NCBI GenBank assembly: GCA_964195735.1
Contig: CAXMQY010000127.1
Span: forward strand, 1-61,952
Length of the DNA stretch: 61,952 nucleotides
Direction: 5' to 3'
Source: an uncultured Haliangium sp.
GTDB taxonomy: Bacteria; Pseudomonadota; Gammaproteobacteria; GCA-001735895
The translations under genes were made by a program, and so were the position numbers. Numbering within the stretch: position 1 is the first letter of the stretch; every line of letters starts with the position of its first letter. Positions 61,097-61,952 of the stretch are shown here, piece after piece. Below the pieces are notes generated by a model, which worked only from the letters and a program-made list of their open reading frames with translations, ran no database searches and was not told where the DNA came from.

Positions 61097-61952
61097 ATGT
61101 CTACTGCATCTCGTGAAGGCAGCCTCGAGGCACCTACGCGCCATCCGCTCGGACAGAATGAACCGGGATTTTACGATGAGGCTTCGCTGTTCGACGAACT
61201 CGAACGCGTATTCGATATCTGTCACGGCTGTCGCCGCTGTGTAAACCTGTGTAATTCTTTCCCTACCCTGTTCGACCTGGTCGACAATTCCGACACCATG
61301 GAAGTCGACGGCGTCGACCGCAAGGATTACTGGAATGTCGTCGACCACTGTTACCTGTGCGACCTATGCTACCTGACCAAGTGTCCCTACGTGCCGCCGC
61401 ACGAGTGGAACGTCGACTTTCCACACCTGATGCTGCGCGCCAAGGCACTCGGCTACAAACAGGGGCGCGCAAAATTCCGCGACAAGGTTATTTCCTCGAC
61501 CGACACCATTGGCAAGCTCGCCAGCATTCCCATCGTCGTAAATGTGGTCAACGCGGCCAATCGCAACGAGCATACGCGTGCGCTGCTCGAATCAGCCCTC
61601 GACATTCATCCCGATGCTCGCCTGCCCGAGTATCACAGCAACACCCTGAGCAAGCGTAGCCGCAATCACCAAACAGCCGCTATCGAAGCGCAGCCCACCG
61701 AACGCACTACCGGCAAGGTGGCGATATTCGCAACCTGTTACGGTGAGTACAACGAGCCGCTGCTCGGCGAGGATTTGCTGGCAGTGTTCGAGCACAACGA
61801 CATCCCGACCCAGGTTGTCAAAAACAGCGTTTGCTGCGGTATGCCCAAGATGGAACTAGGCGATCTGGACTCCGTCGAGAAACTGAAGAATCACAATATC
61901 CCGCTGCTCGCGGCACTGGTCGATGACGGCTGGGATATCATTTCACCGGTGC
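61097..61952 (+). CDS. Rubrerythrin-associated Fe-S oxidoreductase (GlpC/HdrD-like), runs off the window edge
   Basis: Not in the ORF track. Manual translation: MSTASREGSLEAPTRHPL...ICHGCRRCVNLC...CYLCDLCYLTKCPY...CCGMP; GAGGA RBS. Confidence 0.92.
   Translation, partial: MSTASREGSLEAPTRHPLGQNEPGFYDEASLFDELERVFDICHGCRRCVNLCNSFPTLFDLVDNSDTMEVDGVDRKDYWNVVDHCYLCDLCYLTKCPYVPPHEWNVDFPHLMLRAKALGYKQGRAKFRDKVISSTDTIGKLASIPIVVNVVNAANRNEHTRALLESALDIHPDARLPEYHSNTLSKRSRNHQTAAIEAQPTERTTGKVAIFATCYGEYNEPLLGEDLLAVFEHNDIPTQVVKNSVCCGMPKMELGDLDSVEKLKNHNIPLLAALVDDGWDIISPV

Overview
About 62 kb of a gammaproteobacterial chromosome that appears to span the replication terminus. A near-consensus dif site lies at 34729-34756, and the KOPS octamers I found by eye point toward it from both sides. 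The left arm is mostly housekeeping: ppsA/ppsR, icd, clpS-clpA, infA, fabD-fabG-acpP-fabF-mltG-tmk-holB-pilZ-tatD, a MoxR/Bat (VWA/TPR) operon and fadI-fadJ. It ends with an 8-gene Pil-Chp-like chemosensory operon that has no CheR/CheB and carries a stand-alone secreted Cache/PDC-like protein. The ~900 bp around dif holds features the ORF track misses: a long CGTC-type hairpin with the same insert in both arms, a receiver-domain C-terminal relic, Pho-box-like repeats, and an isolated 33-codon copy of the GlmS C-terminus (the Tn7 attachment determinant). Right of dif is a catabolic region. It has a tightly coupled 7-gene operon (non-pyrrolysine MttB methyltransferase, XRE regulator, GcvT-type FAD demethylase, TIM-barrel protein, split TPP decarboxylase, Fe/2OG dioxygenase), followed by a PhnD-like binding protein, a DUF3604-like PHP metallohydrolase and a second TauD. 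I infer an uncharacterised pathway for an N-methylated, possibly sulfonate or phosphonate, compound. The right arm continues with purB-roxA, a 135-bp tandem REP array, SMP-30 and homocysteine S-methyltransferase genes, yoaA, mrcB, DAHP synthase, a PfkB kinase, and rubrerythrin plus an Fe-S oxidoreductase under an OxyR-like box. I saw no rRNA, tRNA, CRISPR array, integrase or transposase. All calls come from motif recognition; no database searches were run.
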